The notes under the pieces: generated by a model | Seen by the model: the letters and a program-made list of their open reading frames with translations, nothing else | Databases searched by the model: none | What the model was told of the DNA's origin: nothing | Shown: piece after piece, positions 37,041 to 49,524 of the stretch | How positions within the stretch are numbered: the first letter of the stretch is position 1 | How the letters are laid out: every line of letters starts with the position of its first letter | Position numbers and translations under genes: made by a program | NCBI GenBank assembly: GCA_036867785.1 | Contig: CP145415.1 | Span: forward strand, 310,001-374,000 | Direction: 5' to 3' | Source of the DNA: Plasmodiophora brassicae | Lineage: Eukaryota | Length of the DNA: 64,000 nucleotides

Positions 37041-38671
37041 ATGGCTGCAGGGACGACGCGCGAATCGGTGTCGATGATCGACGAGGACTTGACTGCGGTT
37101 ACAGGGCGACTAGACGCGCTGCAGCCGGTGGTCGAGAGCGGTGACGAAGACCACCCGGTCTACGAATACCCGGATGAACAGTCGGGGCTGCCAGACGGCA
37201 ACAACGCTGTCGACGCAGCCCGCATCGCCAGCATATATAGCCAAGGTGGACAGGGCGTCCAAGGCCCCTGAACTCAGGCTGTGTGACGGTAAAAGCACCA
37301 ACAGGTGGTTTGATGCTCAGAAACGACACACCGAGTACCTTAACAGTTTGGGCGTACTCCGGAGTCGTGCACCGCTTCGGGAAATGATCGACGAGGATCT
37401 GCTACCAATTCTCCTATGCAGCGCGGGTGAACTTCACTGGACCTCGGAAGACATTCCCGATGACGTTATCGAGCGGATGCTACGTGGCTGGCAGATGGCC
37501 CAGGCGCCTGCTCAGAGCGGATCATACTGGACCTACTTCGACTCTCTGCGCATGAACAAGAGCATCCAGGATGCCAGGGCGCGGGTGCTCGACTATGGTC
37601 GACAGCTGGTGAAGATCGTCAAGGACCGTGACCTTGGGGAGATCTTCTCGGGAGAGAAGGGCCCCAAGAAGGTCGACATCCTCATGCAGGGAATCTACCC
37701 CCTGAGCTCAAGACGCGCATGAAGGAGCTGCTGGAAACGACTGAGAAGCACCTCAAGTCGGATCCGGACGCGTTCTTCAAGCGTCTTGAGGATAAAACTA
37801 TTGCTTTCGACGAGTGCGGCGTGCACTGAGCATGTCCCGTCTCGATGGTGCATCGCGACAGACTGCGATCGCGTCACGCAGCGCCCTCACCATCCCCAAG
37901 AAGAGGAAGGAGAGGGATCAGCCCATGCCGGCGGAGGAACAAGCCCTCAAGAAGCTGAAGCGTGGCAAAGAGGAAGGCGAAGTGCCCCAATGCGGGTTAT
38001 GCAAGGGGGAACACCGTCTCAGACAGTGTCCCAAAGCCTCAGACGACCAGAAGGAGCGCATCGTCAAGAAGCTGCGAGAGGCGCGCGAAGCGATCAAGGA
38101 GGCGCGCATCAACAGCAGCAGCAATGCCATTAAACCACAGGGTAGCGGCTACATGCGAGTGTCGAAAGTAGACATCCGATTAGAAAGTAGCGCTGAGCGA
38201 CATGGCGACAACCAGATCGTAGTTGGCGTAGGAAAAACAGACGGCAAGTGGCCGGGCATCCTTGACAGTGCAGCTGAGCGCACGCTGATGCCGATGTCGA
38301 TGGCCATGCAAATTGCCGAATTGGACCCAAACACAGACATGAGAGAACTGGAAGCACCAGTGACACTGATTCTAGCCGACAGTGAGCAAGCAATTGGGAA
38401 AGCCACCCACGAAACCAAAGTGGACTTGTCGCTGCAGACACGTGCTGGGAAGCTGCAGATTCCTAAGCACACCTGTCTTGAATGGGATGTGCCAGCAGAA
38501 CATATCTACTTGGGTCTCGATTTGCTTGAGGACCTTGGAATAGATCCGGCCTCAGCTCTGGAGCATCTGATCGCAAATTAGCAAGCAACCAGCGACAACG
38601 AATCGCAAACTGATGATCAGATGTACGAAGATGTTGAAATAGGAGACATCATTCCAGAGGACATACGTGAA
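37041..38671 (+). pseudogene. Gypsy element F gag-protease fragment (frameshifted)
   Basis: CGLCKGEHRLRQC knuckle; ILDSAAE protease; YLGLDLLEDLGID; truncated by element E. Confidence 0.75.
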
Positions 38672-39714
38672 TGTCAGGAGACGACACGACGGACGACTAT
38701 TGTCTCCACAACACGGAATTAACAGACTGCCGAAGCCGTCGGTTGCCGTGGACGTTTATTCAAACTGCGCGGCTGCGCGACCCCCGTCGCGGCCGTGCCA
38801 TAACAGTATAGTCCCCTGTCATCGGGCCGGTCTGCGGGGTGGCTTTCGCCACTTCGGCTCCGGCTTGGTTGGGTACCGAGCGTGGAAGATAGCCAACAAT
38901 TCGTTGAGCCCACCTGTGCCGTGTAGTTCTCCTGCGGGTTCCCACGTGCGTTCAGAAGGCGGGTACCCCTCCCAGTCAAATATTCCAGTCGGGAACGGCG
39001 ATATCGAGAATCGAGGACATCGTGAACGATGAAGAGGGGAGCATCGTCATCCGCGAGAAGAATCGGTGGAGGAGGAGGTTGAGTGCGACCAGGGATAAGG
39101 TTGGCGACGTAAGGCTCGAGTTGAGATACATAAAATACATTGTGGATACGGAAATCGGCAGGAAGGTCGAGTTGAAAGGCAACCGGATTGACGAGTTGGC
39201 TGATAGGGAATGGCCCCAAAAATTGGTAGCCGAGCTTCGCGCAGGGTCGCAGAGTTTTCAGCGAGCCGCGGCGTAGCATCACTAAGTCGCCCACCTGAAA
39301 CTTCGGAGACGTTTGCCGCGTCGCGTCGGCGAATCGTTTGGAATCGGCAGAAGCTCGAGTCAATTGGCGGGTCAAGAAGGTGCGAATCCTCTGCAAGGGC
39401 TCAGCTCGCTCGTCGGCAGTCGGATTGGCGCTGGTAGACGGTCGAGGTTGCACGTCCATCACACGTGGATGGTAGCCATAATTCGCGAAAAACGGTGACA
39501 TACCTGTCGCGGTATGGTCTGCATTGTTGTACGAGAATTCAGCTACGGCAAGGAGCGGCTGCCAGTCGTCTTGTAAGTAGTTGGCGTACGCACGGAGATA
39601 CTGTTCCATGACTTGGTTCACCCGCTCGGTTTGGCCATCGGATTCTGGGTGCCGCGAAGAAGACAGGTTGCGTTGCACGCCGAGACGTATGAGAAGTTGC
39701 TTCCAGAACTTAGC
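38672..39714 (-). mobile_element. Chromovirus element E, 3' fragment (integrase C-term, chromodomain, 134-bp 3' LTR 38672-38805)
   Basis: [16 protein letters not shown] module, VHDVLDSRYR; TG..CA LTR with AATAAA. Confidence 0.85.
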
Positions 39715-41898
39715 TGTAACGCCTGAACGGGCGCGTTGGCAAATGGCGCCTCAAATGGCGCCGACGGCAATAAAGTCCGAGACGACCGCGGACCGACGGC
39801 AGTCGGTCAACGCGTGAGTCAGTTGAACCTGACAGTTTGACCGACTACCATGCCGGAGACGCGAGCAACCCGGAAGACGAACGACGACAAGCCCGCCGAG
39901 ACGGTAACGACTGACGGGATCGAGACGACTGACGAGGAGGCGATGGAGAAGAGGATCGCGAAGGCAGTGGCGGACGCGCTGCGCGCCCAGAGGGCCGAAT
40001 TTGAGGAGATGCTCCGACGGGAGCGGGCGGAACGGGCGTTGACTGCTGCGACCGAGGCGATACGCTCCCAACCGCCGGCACATATCGACGACCTAGGAAC
40101 GCGAACGCTGAACGTCACCGTCGATTTGCAGTCATTTTCGGGCAACTTTTCAATCGACGCCATCACCGCCCGGGATTGGCTAGAGATGTTCTCCGACTTG
40201 CTCGACCTGCGTTCGCAGGAACCGTTGCCTCGCACGGCCCGAAACCTGCTCTCGTCCCGCCTGGTCGGCGACGCGCGGGAGCTCTATTTCGCGGCGGCGC
40301 CGATGACGCCGACCGAGTTGACAGCGACACTGACTGGTGCGTTCCCGGAATCGACACCGCGTGCCGCCAAGGAGGCATTCGAGCATTTCCGCCGGACGAC
40401 GCCCAGCATCGACGTGCACGTCGTGCGATTCCGGTGCCTGTACCTACGGGCCCGCCGGCTGAACCCGCGGGAATGCGACTACACCGAGGAGACGCTAGCG
40501 GAATACTTTCGCAATTCCTTGCACGTCGCATTGAGCGAGGAACTCTACAAATGGCAGCTCGTCACCTTGGACGCCATGATCGCGAAGGCCCGGCACCTAG
40601 AGCCCGCATACCCGTTTGTCCCGCCGCAAGTGAACCAGCTGACGGGAGGCCAACAGACGGTACCGCTGACCGACGACGAGCGCGCGCGATGCCTACGCGA
40701 GGGACGCTGTTTTCGATGCAAGGCGCACCACGGTCACCGGTCGCGCGAGTGCCCTCTCCGCGCCCAGCCGGGAAACGGGGAAGGGTGATCGGACCCGGGT
40801 TCGACGATCGCCCATTAGATTCCTCATTCCACGAACCCGACTGCTTAATCCTTACTTCGCTTCATCTCGCCCAACGCCCGTTCGTTCAATCGCCTATCGT
40901 GGACATCTCCATCACATACAGAGGCATCACGTTCACGACGAAGGCCCTCCTGGATTGCGGCGCGACAGGCTCGTTCGTCGACTGGGCTCTGGTGCGACAG
41001 CACGGCATCCCTTGTCGACGCAAACCGGACCCTGTATCCGTCAAGGTCGTTGATGGGCGAGCACTTACGCCGATCTCGCAAGGGACCGTTCCGCCCTCCT
41101 CTGTGGTCAATGGGGAATTCGCCGATCAACACCTCGTCCTCAACGTCATCCATTCGCCGAATCACCCCATTATCTTGGGCATGCCGTGGCTGGACTTCCA
41201 CAATCCCGATGTGAACTGGCGGTTGAGATCGACGACGCGACGCTACGCCTGCCGCTGCGGCAACGCCGCCCCGAGTCCCGATCACAGCGAGCCGATCTCG
41301 AGAGCGACGGGCGCCAACATGGTCGCCACCGCGACGGAGACTAGTTCACCGGGAGACGAGCATGGGCCTGAGCCGGAACCTGTGCCTGACGACCCTATAC
41401 CACGAGACGACGACAGTCCTATGCCGCGATCGCCACCACTAGCGCCGGCGGACGCCACGCCGCGGCATCCAGCGTTAGAGACAGCTGCTGTTAGAGACGT
41501 GCTACGTGGCGCCCCTACCGACCGACCGGACTGGACTACGCACCATGCCGTTCACGTCACGTCCTTGCTCCTGGGGCCGCACTGGAGTCGCGTCGCGCCT
41601 GCCGATTGTTCCCCCTTGCAACACGCGCTGCCGCTGACCATTCACAACTTGTCGCCGCCCCGCGAAGTGCCGACGAGCCAGGCTCCGAACTTAATGACGT
41701 CCGCACAGATGAAGGACAGAACAAACCGAGATGAGCGACGACCGGCGTTCACGAGCACACCTGCCTTGTGGAGGGCGCGTCGCAGGACCTCGCCTCCTTG
41801 TCACGATCAGGCAAGCTGATGCAACGAACGCTTTGACGGACTGGCGAAGTCCGTCGCGGGGTTCGGGATTTATTCAGTTATCACAGAATAGTCCTCTT

Positions 41899-44800
41899 CT
41901 AGCGATTGGGTCTCCGCCGGTTTCGGGAGCGAGGGCCAGGTTTATCGGGATATCGAGCATGAAATTCAGCAATCGCTTGGTCCAGGCCTCCTGTCCCATG
42001 GAGATTGCCCGCGGGTTCCCAGGTGCGATCGGACGGGGAGTATCCTTCCCAATCTATGAGATATTGCAACCGCCCCGACCGGTATCGGGAATCCAAGATC
42101 GACTTAACGATGAACAGGGGCTGGTCGTCATCTTCCAATACAATGGGCGGCGGCGGTGGCTGTTGGCGATGTGGAAGGACATTAGGCGTATACGGTTCCA
42201 GCTGTGACACATGGAAGACGTTATGTAGGCGCGAGGTAGGAGGCAGCTTCACTTCGTATGCGACGGGGTTAACTGTGCGAACCACTTGGAAGGGTCCCAG
42301 CAGACGGTCATCCAGTTTCCCGCACGGGCGGCCAGTCGATAAGGTTCCACGCCTGAGCATGACGAGATCGCCCACCTGCAGTGGTGGTGGTTCGCGGCGA
42401 CGGCGATCCGCAGAGCGCTTCATAGCGTCGACCGCCCGTTGCAGTTGGCCCTTCAAGTAGCGGCGAACCTTCTCAAGGAATTCGGCACGCTCATCGGCGG
42501 CTGGGTTACAGACTTGGCCATTCCTGGGTCGAGGCTCCGTCACCCTTGGATGAAACCCGTAGTTGGCGAAAAACGGCGACATGCCGGTGGCCGAATGGTC
42601 GGCGTTGTTGTACGCGAACTCGGCCATAGGCAGAAGTTGCAGCCAGTCGTCCTGCATGTAGCTAACATAGCAGCGTAAGTATTGTTCGAGGATCTGGTTC
42701 ACGCGTTCCGTCTGGCCGTCGGATTCCGGGTGCCGGGATGAAGACAAGTTCCGTTGGATACCAAGACGGTCCAGTAAGTGCTTCCAGAAGGCCGACACGA
42801 ACTGGGGCCCCCGGTCGGAGACGATGTCGTCCGGTAGGCCATGCAGGCGGAATATCTGCTGCAAAAACAGGTCGGACAGCTCGACCGCTGTGAGGGTCTC
42901 CTTGCACGGAATGAAGTGGGCCATTTTCGAAAACCGGTCGACGACGACGAGGACCGAATCGTAGCCGTCGGAAACTGGAAGCTTGACAATTAGATCCATT
43001 GAGATCGATGACCACAGAGAACTCGGCAAGGGAAGAGGCAGCAGGAGCCCGGACGGTTTGTGGCGCGGAGACTTGCTTCTCTGACAAATGTCGCAGGATG
43101 AGACGTACAGTTTGACGAAGGCCCTCATGCCAGGCCACCAAAATTCACGCTGGACAAGCCCAAGCGTTTTGCGGATACCAAAGTGACCAGAGGCCCTATT
43201 ATCGTGGAGTTGCCGGAGGATCTCGATCTTGCATTCGTCTCCGGAGACGACCAAGGAGCGTCCTTTGTACAGGAGGCCGTCTCTCAGGCAATACTTCCTA
43301 CCTTGAGGTCGGTCGAGCAGACCGGCAATCTTGGCGACGAACGGATCACTCGCTTGGTGTCGTCGGATACGGTCTAGGAGAGGCTCGGACGGAGCCGCCT
43401 CCGCGTGGACGGTGAACGCGTCCACCACGGGGGACGGAACTAGGCGATGAAGCGGGAGCAGTTGGAGAGATTGTTGCAGGATGCCTTCTTCAGACGCCGT
43501 CGGGACGTACTCCGGGCGGCGCGTCAAGGCGTCAGGTTTACCGTGCAAGCGGCCCGGTCGGTGCTGAATCATGAAGTCGAAGCCGCTAAGCAGTTGGGAC
43601 CATCGGATTTGGCGCGGATTAAGCTTGTGGGTCGTCATGAAGTACTTGAGGTTGCGGTGGTCGCTGTGCACAAGTGTCTGATGTTCATCCGAATCCAGGA
43701 ACTGGCGCCATTTCTCGAAGGACGCAACAACGGCCAGGAGCTCTTTGTCGTAGACCGCATATCGGATCTCAGCGGGGTCCAGTTTCCTCGAAAAGAACGC
43801 CAGAGGGTGTAAGTCCCCGTCACGGCCCCGTTGTGAGAGGACCATGGCAATGGCGAAGTCGGAGGCATCCGTTTCAATCTCGCACGGCACGCTAGGATCG
43901 AAGTGGGCGAGGACCGGAGCGCGTGTGAACGCGCTCTTCAGAGTTGCGAAGGCGGTCGAAGCAGTCTCGTTCCAGATAAATTCGGTTTCCCCGCGAGTAA
44001 GGTTCGTCAAGGGAAGTGCGATCTCCGCGAAATGCGGGATGAACTTTCGGTAGAAGTTGGCGAACCCAAGGAAGACTTGCAGCCCGTGGAGGTCACGCGG
44101 CGGGGCCCACGCGAGTATTGTGTCTACTCGGCTGGGATCCAACCGGAGGCCGTCCTTGGACACTAAGTAGCCGAGGAATTCGACCTCCGGTGCGTCGAAC
44201 AAGCACTTAGACAGTTTGGCCGTCAGGCGCGCGGAGCGTAGACGTTCGAGCACCAAACGCACGTGCTGTTCATGTTCCTCAGCATTCTTGGAGAAAATCA
44301 AGATGTCGTCAAGGTAAACAACAACGAAACGGTCAATGAAGTCGCTGAATGTCTCGTTCATGAAGGCTTGAAAGGATGCCGGGGCGTTGGCAAGCCCGAA
44401 GGGCATAACCAGGTACTCGAACAATCCGTACGGTGTCCGGAATGCTGTCTTCCATTCGTCACCTTCGCGAATGCGGATCTGGTTGTACGCACTTCGAAGG
44501 TCGATCTTGGATAAGACCGTTGCTTGACCGAGTGTCGAAAGCAGCTGGTCGATGAGCGGAAGTGGGTAACGGTTCTTCACGGTGACCGAGTTCAGGCCTC
44601 GGTAATCAACGCAAAGCCGTAACGAACCATCCTTCTTCTTCGCGAAAAGGATCGGCGCGCCGGCAGATGAACGCGACGGCCGTATGAAGTTCGACTGGAG
44701 GTTATCTTCCAAATACTTCTTGAGGGCTACCTGTTCGCGGGGAGACAAGCCGTAGAGGCGACAGAATGGAGGCTCCGTCCCCGGTTTCAGGTCGATCGAG

Positions 44801-46233
44801 CAGTCAGAGGCGCGGTGCGGCGGTAAGGATGTGGCGGTGGCCTCGTCGAACACGTCGGCAAAATCCTGGTATTTTTCAGGTATCTTCGTCTGCTCTGACT
44901 CGGTGTCCTCGGTCCACGTATAATGGATGAGGTAGCACTGAGCGTCGTCCATGAGTGCGTCCAGGAACGGTTCGGCGTCGACTAGATGGATGGGAACGTT
45001 GGCCGCCAGAGGTTCTTCAGTGCTTGGTGCCGGCAAGGGAACGTGGTCGATCCGCGTCCCGTCGCCTTGATTAGAATCCGTGGGCCGTACGTCGCACGAC
45101 GACTGTGGAGCATCTCCGGCTAGAACGTCAGGGCCGGCGTTCGGCGGGGCGATCGGACAGGCGTCGTCAGATGACGTGTTTAGATAAGCACGAAGGTCGA
45201 CGCGTGCGGGTTCGCGGCACATAGTGACGAAGGCAAGCGCCCAAGCGGCCGCCACGATGGATGAGCACATGAACAGGCTGACCACCTGGCGTGCCCTGGA
45301 ACCGTCGTCCAAACGACAATCTGGTAGACGTCGACCGGCTCCCCGCCTGTGTCGCTGCTCCCGCGCCGGCGACGTTAGCCAGCCTGTCTGGTCGGGGAAC
45401 GATTCGAGCTCGAGGCAGTTCGCAGGGGTGTTACCGGTGTCAGCCGTTTCCAGGTCGCCAGCGGCTTTGTCCTGAGTCTCAATTGCGGCTGTCGCCAAGG
45501 ACTCTGCCACCCGGCGTTCATCGTTGGCCGCAGGCGGCAATGGTGTCACGATCAGGTCTTGTGCGGAAGTTGGATCTGGATGTTGTTTTGTGTTAACAGG
45601 CGCCTGGGCGATGAGCGGAGCTGCACTAGAGGCGTCCAGGGCCGGATAACGGCAGTCGTCGTGTGGCGCAGCCACGCTTGCCTCGGTTGTCTCAGCTTCT
45701 GCATGGCCAGGATCCGCCACAGTTGTCGGCGTTGACGTTGACGGCGAGGGGGGGCACTGGCGCGGCGAGACGAGCCGCCGGCGCCAATCCACATCTGGAT
45801 TAGTCTGGGCTAGCCAGGGCAGACCCAGGATGACGGGATAGGTCGGCGAATTGATCAGATTCAGGACGATCTCACACGAGAACTGGGCGTCCACCGTCGT
45901 TCTCAACGGCTGAGTCTCCTGTGATATAGGTGCGAGCTGGCGGCCGTCGACAACGCGGACAGGTATCGGACGATGCGTCGGGCGGGTAGGCAGAACGTGG
46001 AGCCGCGCGAAGGACCAGTCGATAAAGTTGCTAGTCGCGCCACAGTCGATCAAGGCCGTTGTCGAGATACTTTCGGACCCGGTGTATATGGTCATCGGAA
46101 GTACGAGATGCGGGACAGAGCGGGCGTGGAGAAACATGAGATCGCTTATTTGAACAGGGTCGGGTTCGGATGACAATGCAGAGTTTACTGGGTGGCCGGC
46201 GAACCCGTTGGCGGTCACCCTTGGACATTTCCC
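41899..46233 (-). CDS. pol: Pol of element C (PR-RT-RH-IN-chromodomain), expressed by -1 frameshift
   Basis: Uninterrupted reading frame; [42 protein letters not shown]. Confidence 0.93.
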   Translation of the reverse strand, partial: GKCPRVTANGFAGHPVNSALSSEPDPVQISDLMFLHARSVPHLVLPMTIYTGSESISTTALIDCGATSNFIDWSFARLHVLPTRPTHRPIPVRVVDGRQLAPISQETQPLRTTVDAQFSCEIVLNLINSPTYPVILGLPWLAQTNPDVDWRRRLVSPRQCPPSPSTSTPTTVADPGHAEAETTEASVAAPHDDCRYPALDASSAAPLIAQAPVNTKQHPDPTSAQDLIVTPLPPAANDERRVAESLATAAIETQDKAAGDLETADTGNTPANCLELESFPDQTGWLTSPAREQRHRRGAGRRLPDCRLDDGSRARQVVSLFMCSSIVAAAWALAFVTMCREPARVDLRAYLNTSSDDACPIAPPNAGPDVLAGDAPQSSCDVRPTDSNQGDGTRIDHVPLPAPSTEEPLAANVPIHLVDAEPFLDALMDDAQCYLIHYTWTEDTESEQTKIPEKYQDFADVFDEATATSLPPHRASDCSIDLKPGTEPPFCRLYGLSPREQVALKKYLEDNLQSNFIRPSRSSAGAPILFAKKKDGSLRLCVDYRGLNSVTVKNRYPLPLIDQLLSTLGQATVLSKIDLRSAYNQIRIREGDEWKTAFRTPYGLFEYLVMPFGLANAPASFQAFMNETFSDFIDRFVVVYLDDILIFSKNAEEHEQHVRLVLERLRSARLTAKLSKCLFDAPEVEFLGYLVSKDGLRLDPSRVDTILAWAPPRDLHGLQVFLGFANFYRKFIPHFAEIALPLTNLTRGETEFIWNETASTAFATLKSAFTRAPVLAHFDPSVPCEIETDASDFAIAMVLSQRGRDGDLHPLAFFSRKLDPAEIRYAVYDKELLAVVASFEKWRQFLDSDEHQTLVHSDHRNLKYFMTTHKLNPRQIRWSQLLSGFDFMIQHRPGRLHGKPDALTRRPEYVPTASEEGILQQSLQLLPLHRLVPSPVVDAFTVHAEAAPSEPLLDRIRRHQASDPFVAKIAGLLDRPQGRKYCLRDGLLYKGRSLVVSGDECKIEILRQLHDNRASGHFGIRKTLGLVQREFWWPGMRAFVKLYVSSCDICQRSKSPRHKPSGLLLPLPLPSSLWSSISMDLIVKLPVSDGYDSVLVVVDRFSKMAHFIPCKETLTAVELSDLFLQQIFRLHGLPDDIVSDRGPQFVSAFWKHLLDRLGIQRNLSSSRHPESDGQTERVNQILEQYLRCYVSYMQDDWLQLLPMAEFAYNNADHSATGMSPFFANYGFHPRVTEPRPRNGQVCNPAADERAEFLEKVRRYLKGQLQRAVDAMKRSADRRRREPPPLQVGDLVMLRRGTLSTGRPCGKLDDRLLGPFQVVRTVNPVAYEVKLPPTSRLHNVFHVSQLEPYTPNVLPHRQQPPPPPIVLEDDDQPLFIVKSILDSRYRSGRLQYLIDWEGYSPSDRTWEPAGNLHGTGGLDQAIAEFHARYPDKPGPRSRNRRRPNR

Positions 46234-47063
46234 GGTGCAACCGGCGGCCGTTTCGGGCAATCCGCGATCCGGTGGCCATCTTCTTTGCAGTAGAAGCAGA
46301 GGCCGTCCTTGCGGGCACGCTCACGGGCATCGGCGGCGACAACCTTCGGAACGGGGTAGCGCGGGCAGAGGTGTTTCGCCTTTTTGACCATCTCGTCGAA
46401 GTCGGTGATCATGTCCTCGAACAGTTTTTCCGACAAGGCAGTATGCAGCGACTTCCGGAACTTCGACGCGCGCCGGGCCGAACTCATCTTGAAGGTTGCA
46501 TCCGCGCGCTGAAGCGCTTGATACAAATTGTTGAACATCAACACATGCTCTTCGACAGGTTCGGTCTGGGTGAGGTTGTCGAAGCACTCCTCCAGCTGTT
46601 CGAACGTCGGCACCGGAAACCATTTTGACATCGCGTAGGACAGGTCGGCCATCGTGGCGTCGTCCGGCAGCCCGAAATAGACTTCCAACGCCGGGCCTTC
46701 CAGCGATCTAAGAAGGGCGCTGTGCGCCGCCGGCGGAAGGCGGGTCGTCGATGACGGGAGCTGCAGCGTCCTTGACAGACACTTCAGAAAGTCGCGGGAG
46801 TTCGTGGAACTGTCGCGAATACGCCCGGTAAAGCGGGGCAGGTGGATCTGGTGGTCGACGATGTGTCGGGATGTCGGCGACGGCTCGCTCGGCGGCATCT
46901 TGTCGGGCAGCGAGCGATTTATCGCTGTCCCAACGGCATCTTCGACCCGGTCGGCCACTACGGACTGCATAGCTTTCAGCTGGTGCAGCATGTCGCTGAC
47001 AGTGAGCGTGAGGTCCCGCACTTGATCTGCCAGTGCGGCGATCTGGTCCTCGCTCGTTGTCAT
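46215..47063 (-). CDS. gag: Gag of element C
   Basis: [14 protein letters not shown] knuckle; ends PGNVQG*. Confidence 0.9.
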   Translation of the reverse strand: MTTSEDQIAALADQVRDLTLTVSDMLHQLKAMQSVVADRVEDAVGTAINRSLPDKMPPSEPSPTSRHIVDHQIHLPRFTGRIRDSSTNSRDFLKCLSRTLQLPSSTTRLPPAAHSALLRSLEGPALEVYFGLPDDATMADLSYAMSKWFPVPTFEQLEECFDNLTQTEPVEEHVLMFNNLYQALQRADATFKMSSARRASKFRKSLHTALSEKLFEDMITDFDEMVKKAKHLCPRYPVPKVVAADARERARKDGLCFYCKEDGHRIADCPKRPPVAPGNVQG

Positions 47064-47102
47064 CGCGAACACACCGGTAGACGGACAGGAAACGGGACGG
47101 CA

Positions 47103-47220
47103 GGAACGGAGCGGGCGGAACGGAGCGGGCGGAACGGAGCGGGCGGAACGGAGCGGGCGGAACGGAGCGGGCGGAACGGAGCGGGCGGAACGGAGCGGGC
47201 GGAACGGGGCGGGCGGGACG
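47103..47220. repeat. 14-bp tandem repeat (GGAACGGAGCGGGC)n in the 5' UTR of element C
   Basis: About 8 consecutive units. Confidence 0.9.
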
Positions 47221-49524
47221 GCGGTGACCGTTGGTTAGTCCGTCAAAATGTCACGATCAGGCAAGCTGATGCAACGAACGCTTTGACGGACTGGCGAAGT
47301 CCGTCGCGGGGTTCGGGATTTATTCAGTTATCACACTCCTCGCCGCCGAACCAGCTCTGATGCGTCCAGGGCCTCAGCCTTAGCCCAACCCTGTGAGCCG
47401 CGGCCGTCGACGGACCGCTGCACTCTGCAGGCGCTGGTGCTCTGGGGCCTTCTCAGGGAGGCAGACCCCCGACTTGACATGAAGCGGGCCTTCCTGGAGG
47501 TCTCCCGCATGGCGTCCGCCCTGCGCGCGCACGACGCATCCTTTGACGAATGGCTGGATCTGAGCCCATGCGACCGGACGGTCGACCCTCCGGGCGGAGG
47601 CGACACTTCGCAGCATCCTCTACCGGCCACCACCGACGCCACTGAGGAGATGGCCACGGCACCCCCCGACATGACTGTTGACGATTTCCACATTCGCACG
47701 GTGGCGCGGACGAGTTCTTCAACGACGCATACGAGGATGGCACGAATTGTTACATGATCCATACGACATGGATGACGCCTGGTTCCACGCAAGACACGCA
47801 GCTTCCCGCCAAGTATGCAGACTTCGCCGACGTGTTCGATGAAGCGGCCGCGTCTCGACTACCGGAACATCGGGCCTCCGATTGTGCCATCGACTTGCAC
47901 ACCGGGAAGGAACCGCCGTTCGGCCGCCTTTATGGATTATCGCCACGTGAGCAGGAAGCTATGAAGGTGTACCTGACGACCAACCTCGAGTCCGGCTTCA
48001 TTCGCCCGTCGAAATCCCCGACTGGCGCCCCCGTTCTGTTCGCTAAGAAGAAGGATGGATCGTTGCGTTTTTGCGTCGACTATCGCGGGCTGAACGCCGT
48101 AGCGATCAAAAACCGGTATCCCGTTCCTCTCGTCGACCAGAGCCTTGCCCAACTAAGCTCGGCCAAGATATTCACCAAGATCGATCTCCGCTCGGCCTAC
48201 CATCAAGTCCGGATCCGGGAAGGCGACGAATGGAAAACCGCGTTTCGCACACCGTTTGGACTCTTCGAGTACTTGGTGATGCCGTTCGGGCTGGCCAATG
48301 GACCGGCCGCATTCCAAGGGTTCATGAACGCCATGTTCCGGGACTACTTGGAAGTATTCGTCCTCGTGTACCTCGACGACATCTTGATATTTTCTCGCAA
48401 TCCGGAGGACCATGAACTCCGCGAGGAGGAACGCTTTGGGAAGCTCAGCAAGTGCGCCTTCGACGCTTCCGAGGTCGAGTTCCTCGGCTACGTCGTTTCT
48501 CACAACGGCGTCCGAATAGACCAGGCCCGAATCGACACGATTCTAGCTTGGGAGCCGCCCGGCGATGCGCACGCTGTCCGAGTTTTCCTGGGGTTTGCCA
48601 ACTTCTACCGCAAGTTCATCGCGCATTATGGAGAGATTGTCTTGCCACTCACCGACCTCACGAAGGACAATGTGGACTTTCACTGGGGAGCTGAAGAAGA
48701 TGCCGCATTCCGCACCTTGAAAGCCGCGTTCACGTCTCCTCCGATCCTGACGCGCTTCAATCCCGACCGGCCGTGCGAAGTCGAGACGGACGCATCCGAC
48801 TTCGCCCTCGCCATGGTACTGTCGCAGCGCGACGACGACGGCGAACTGCACCCGATTGCGTTCTACTCGAGGAAGTTGACCCCGGAAGATATTAACTACA
48901 AGATACACGATAAGGAGCTACTACCGATCGTGGAAGGCTTCCAGAAATGGCGCCAGTTCCTGGACTCGGCGCAGCACCAGACGCTCGTCTACAGCGACCA
49001 CAGGAACCTGCAATGGTTCCTCAGCAGCCAAAAGTTGTCGAGACGACAAGTTCGCTGGGCGCAACTCTTGGGCAATTCGACTTCCGCATCGCCCATCGTC
49101 CGGGACGCCTTCACGGCAAACCGGACGCATTGACGCGTCGACCAGAGTACCGGCCAACGAAGGCGGAGGCCGACGCAGCCCAGCAAGCAACCCAAGTATT
49201 GCCGGCAGCTCACTTCATCACCACTGATTCCCCCGTTACCAACCACGTTCTTAACTTGATTGGCGAACCGCGCAGCACCGAGAGCTTGTGGGCCCGCATC
49301 CGAACTAACCAAGCAACGGACCCCTTTGTTCAGAAGGTACTCGCACGCTTAGCCGCCCCGACACCACGGAACCGTCGCTTCCGCCAGGCCGACGGCATCC
49401 TCTACCGGGACGACCGCGTGGTGGTCTCCGGCGACGATTGCAAGTTGGAAATCCTGAAATCGCTGCACGACGCGCAGACAGCTGGACACTTCGGCCTCGG
49501 AAAGACGCTGCACCTCGTGCTCCG

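Larger units (their letters stand above)
41799..47335 (-). mobile_element. Chromovirus element C, apparently intact
   Basis: Identical 87-bp LTRs 41799-41885 and 47249-47335; TSD CTCCT. Confidence 0.97.
39715..49524 (+). mobile_element. Ty3/Gypsy element B (5' LTR 39715-39834, gag 39850-40788, degenerate pol), interrupted by C and truncated by D
   Basis: 120-bp LTR; gag similar to A; LLDCGAT; pol resumes at 47341 with YLDD and ETDASD but has frameshifts and an internal RT deletion. Confidence 0.88.
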
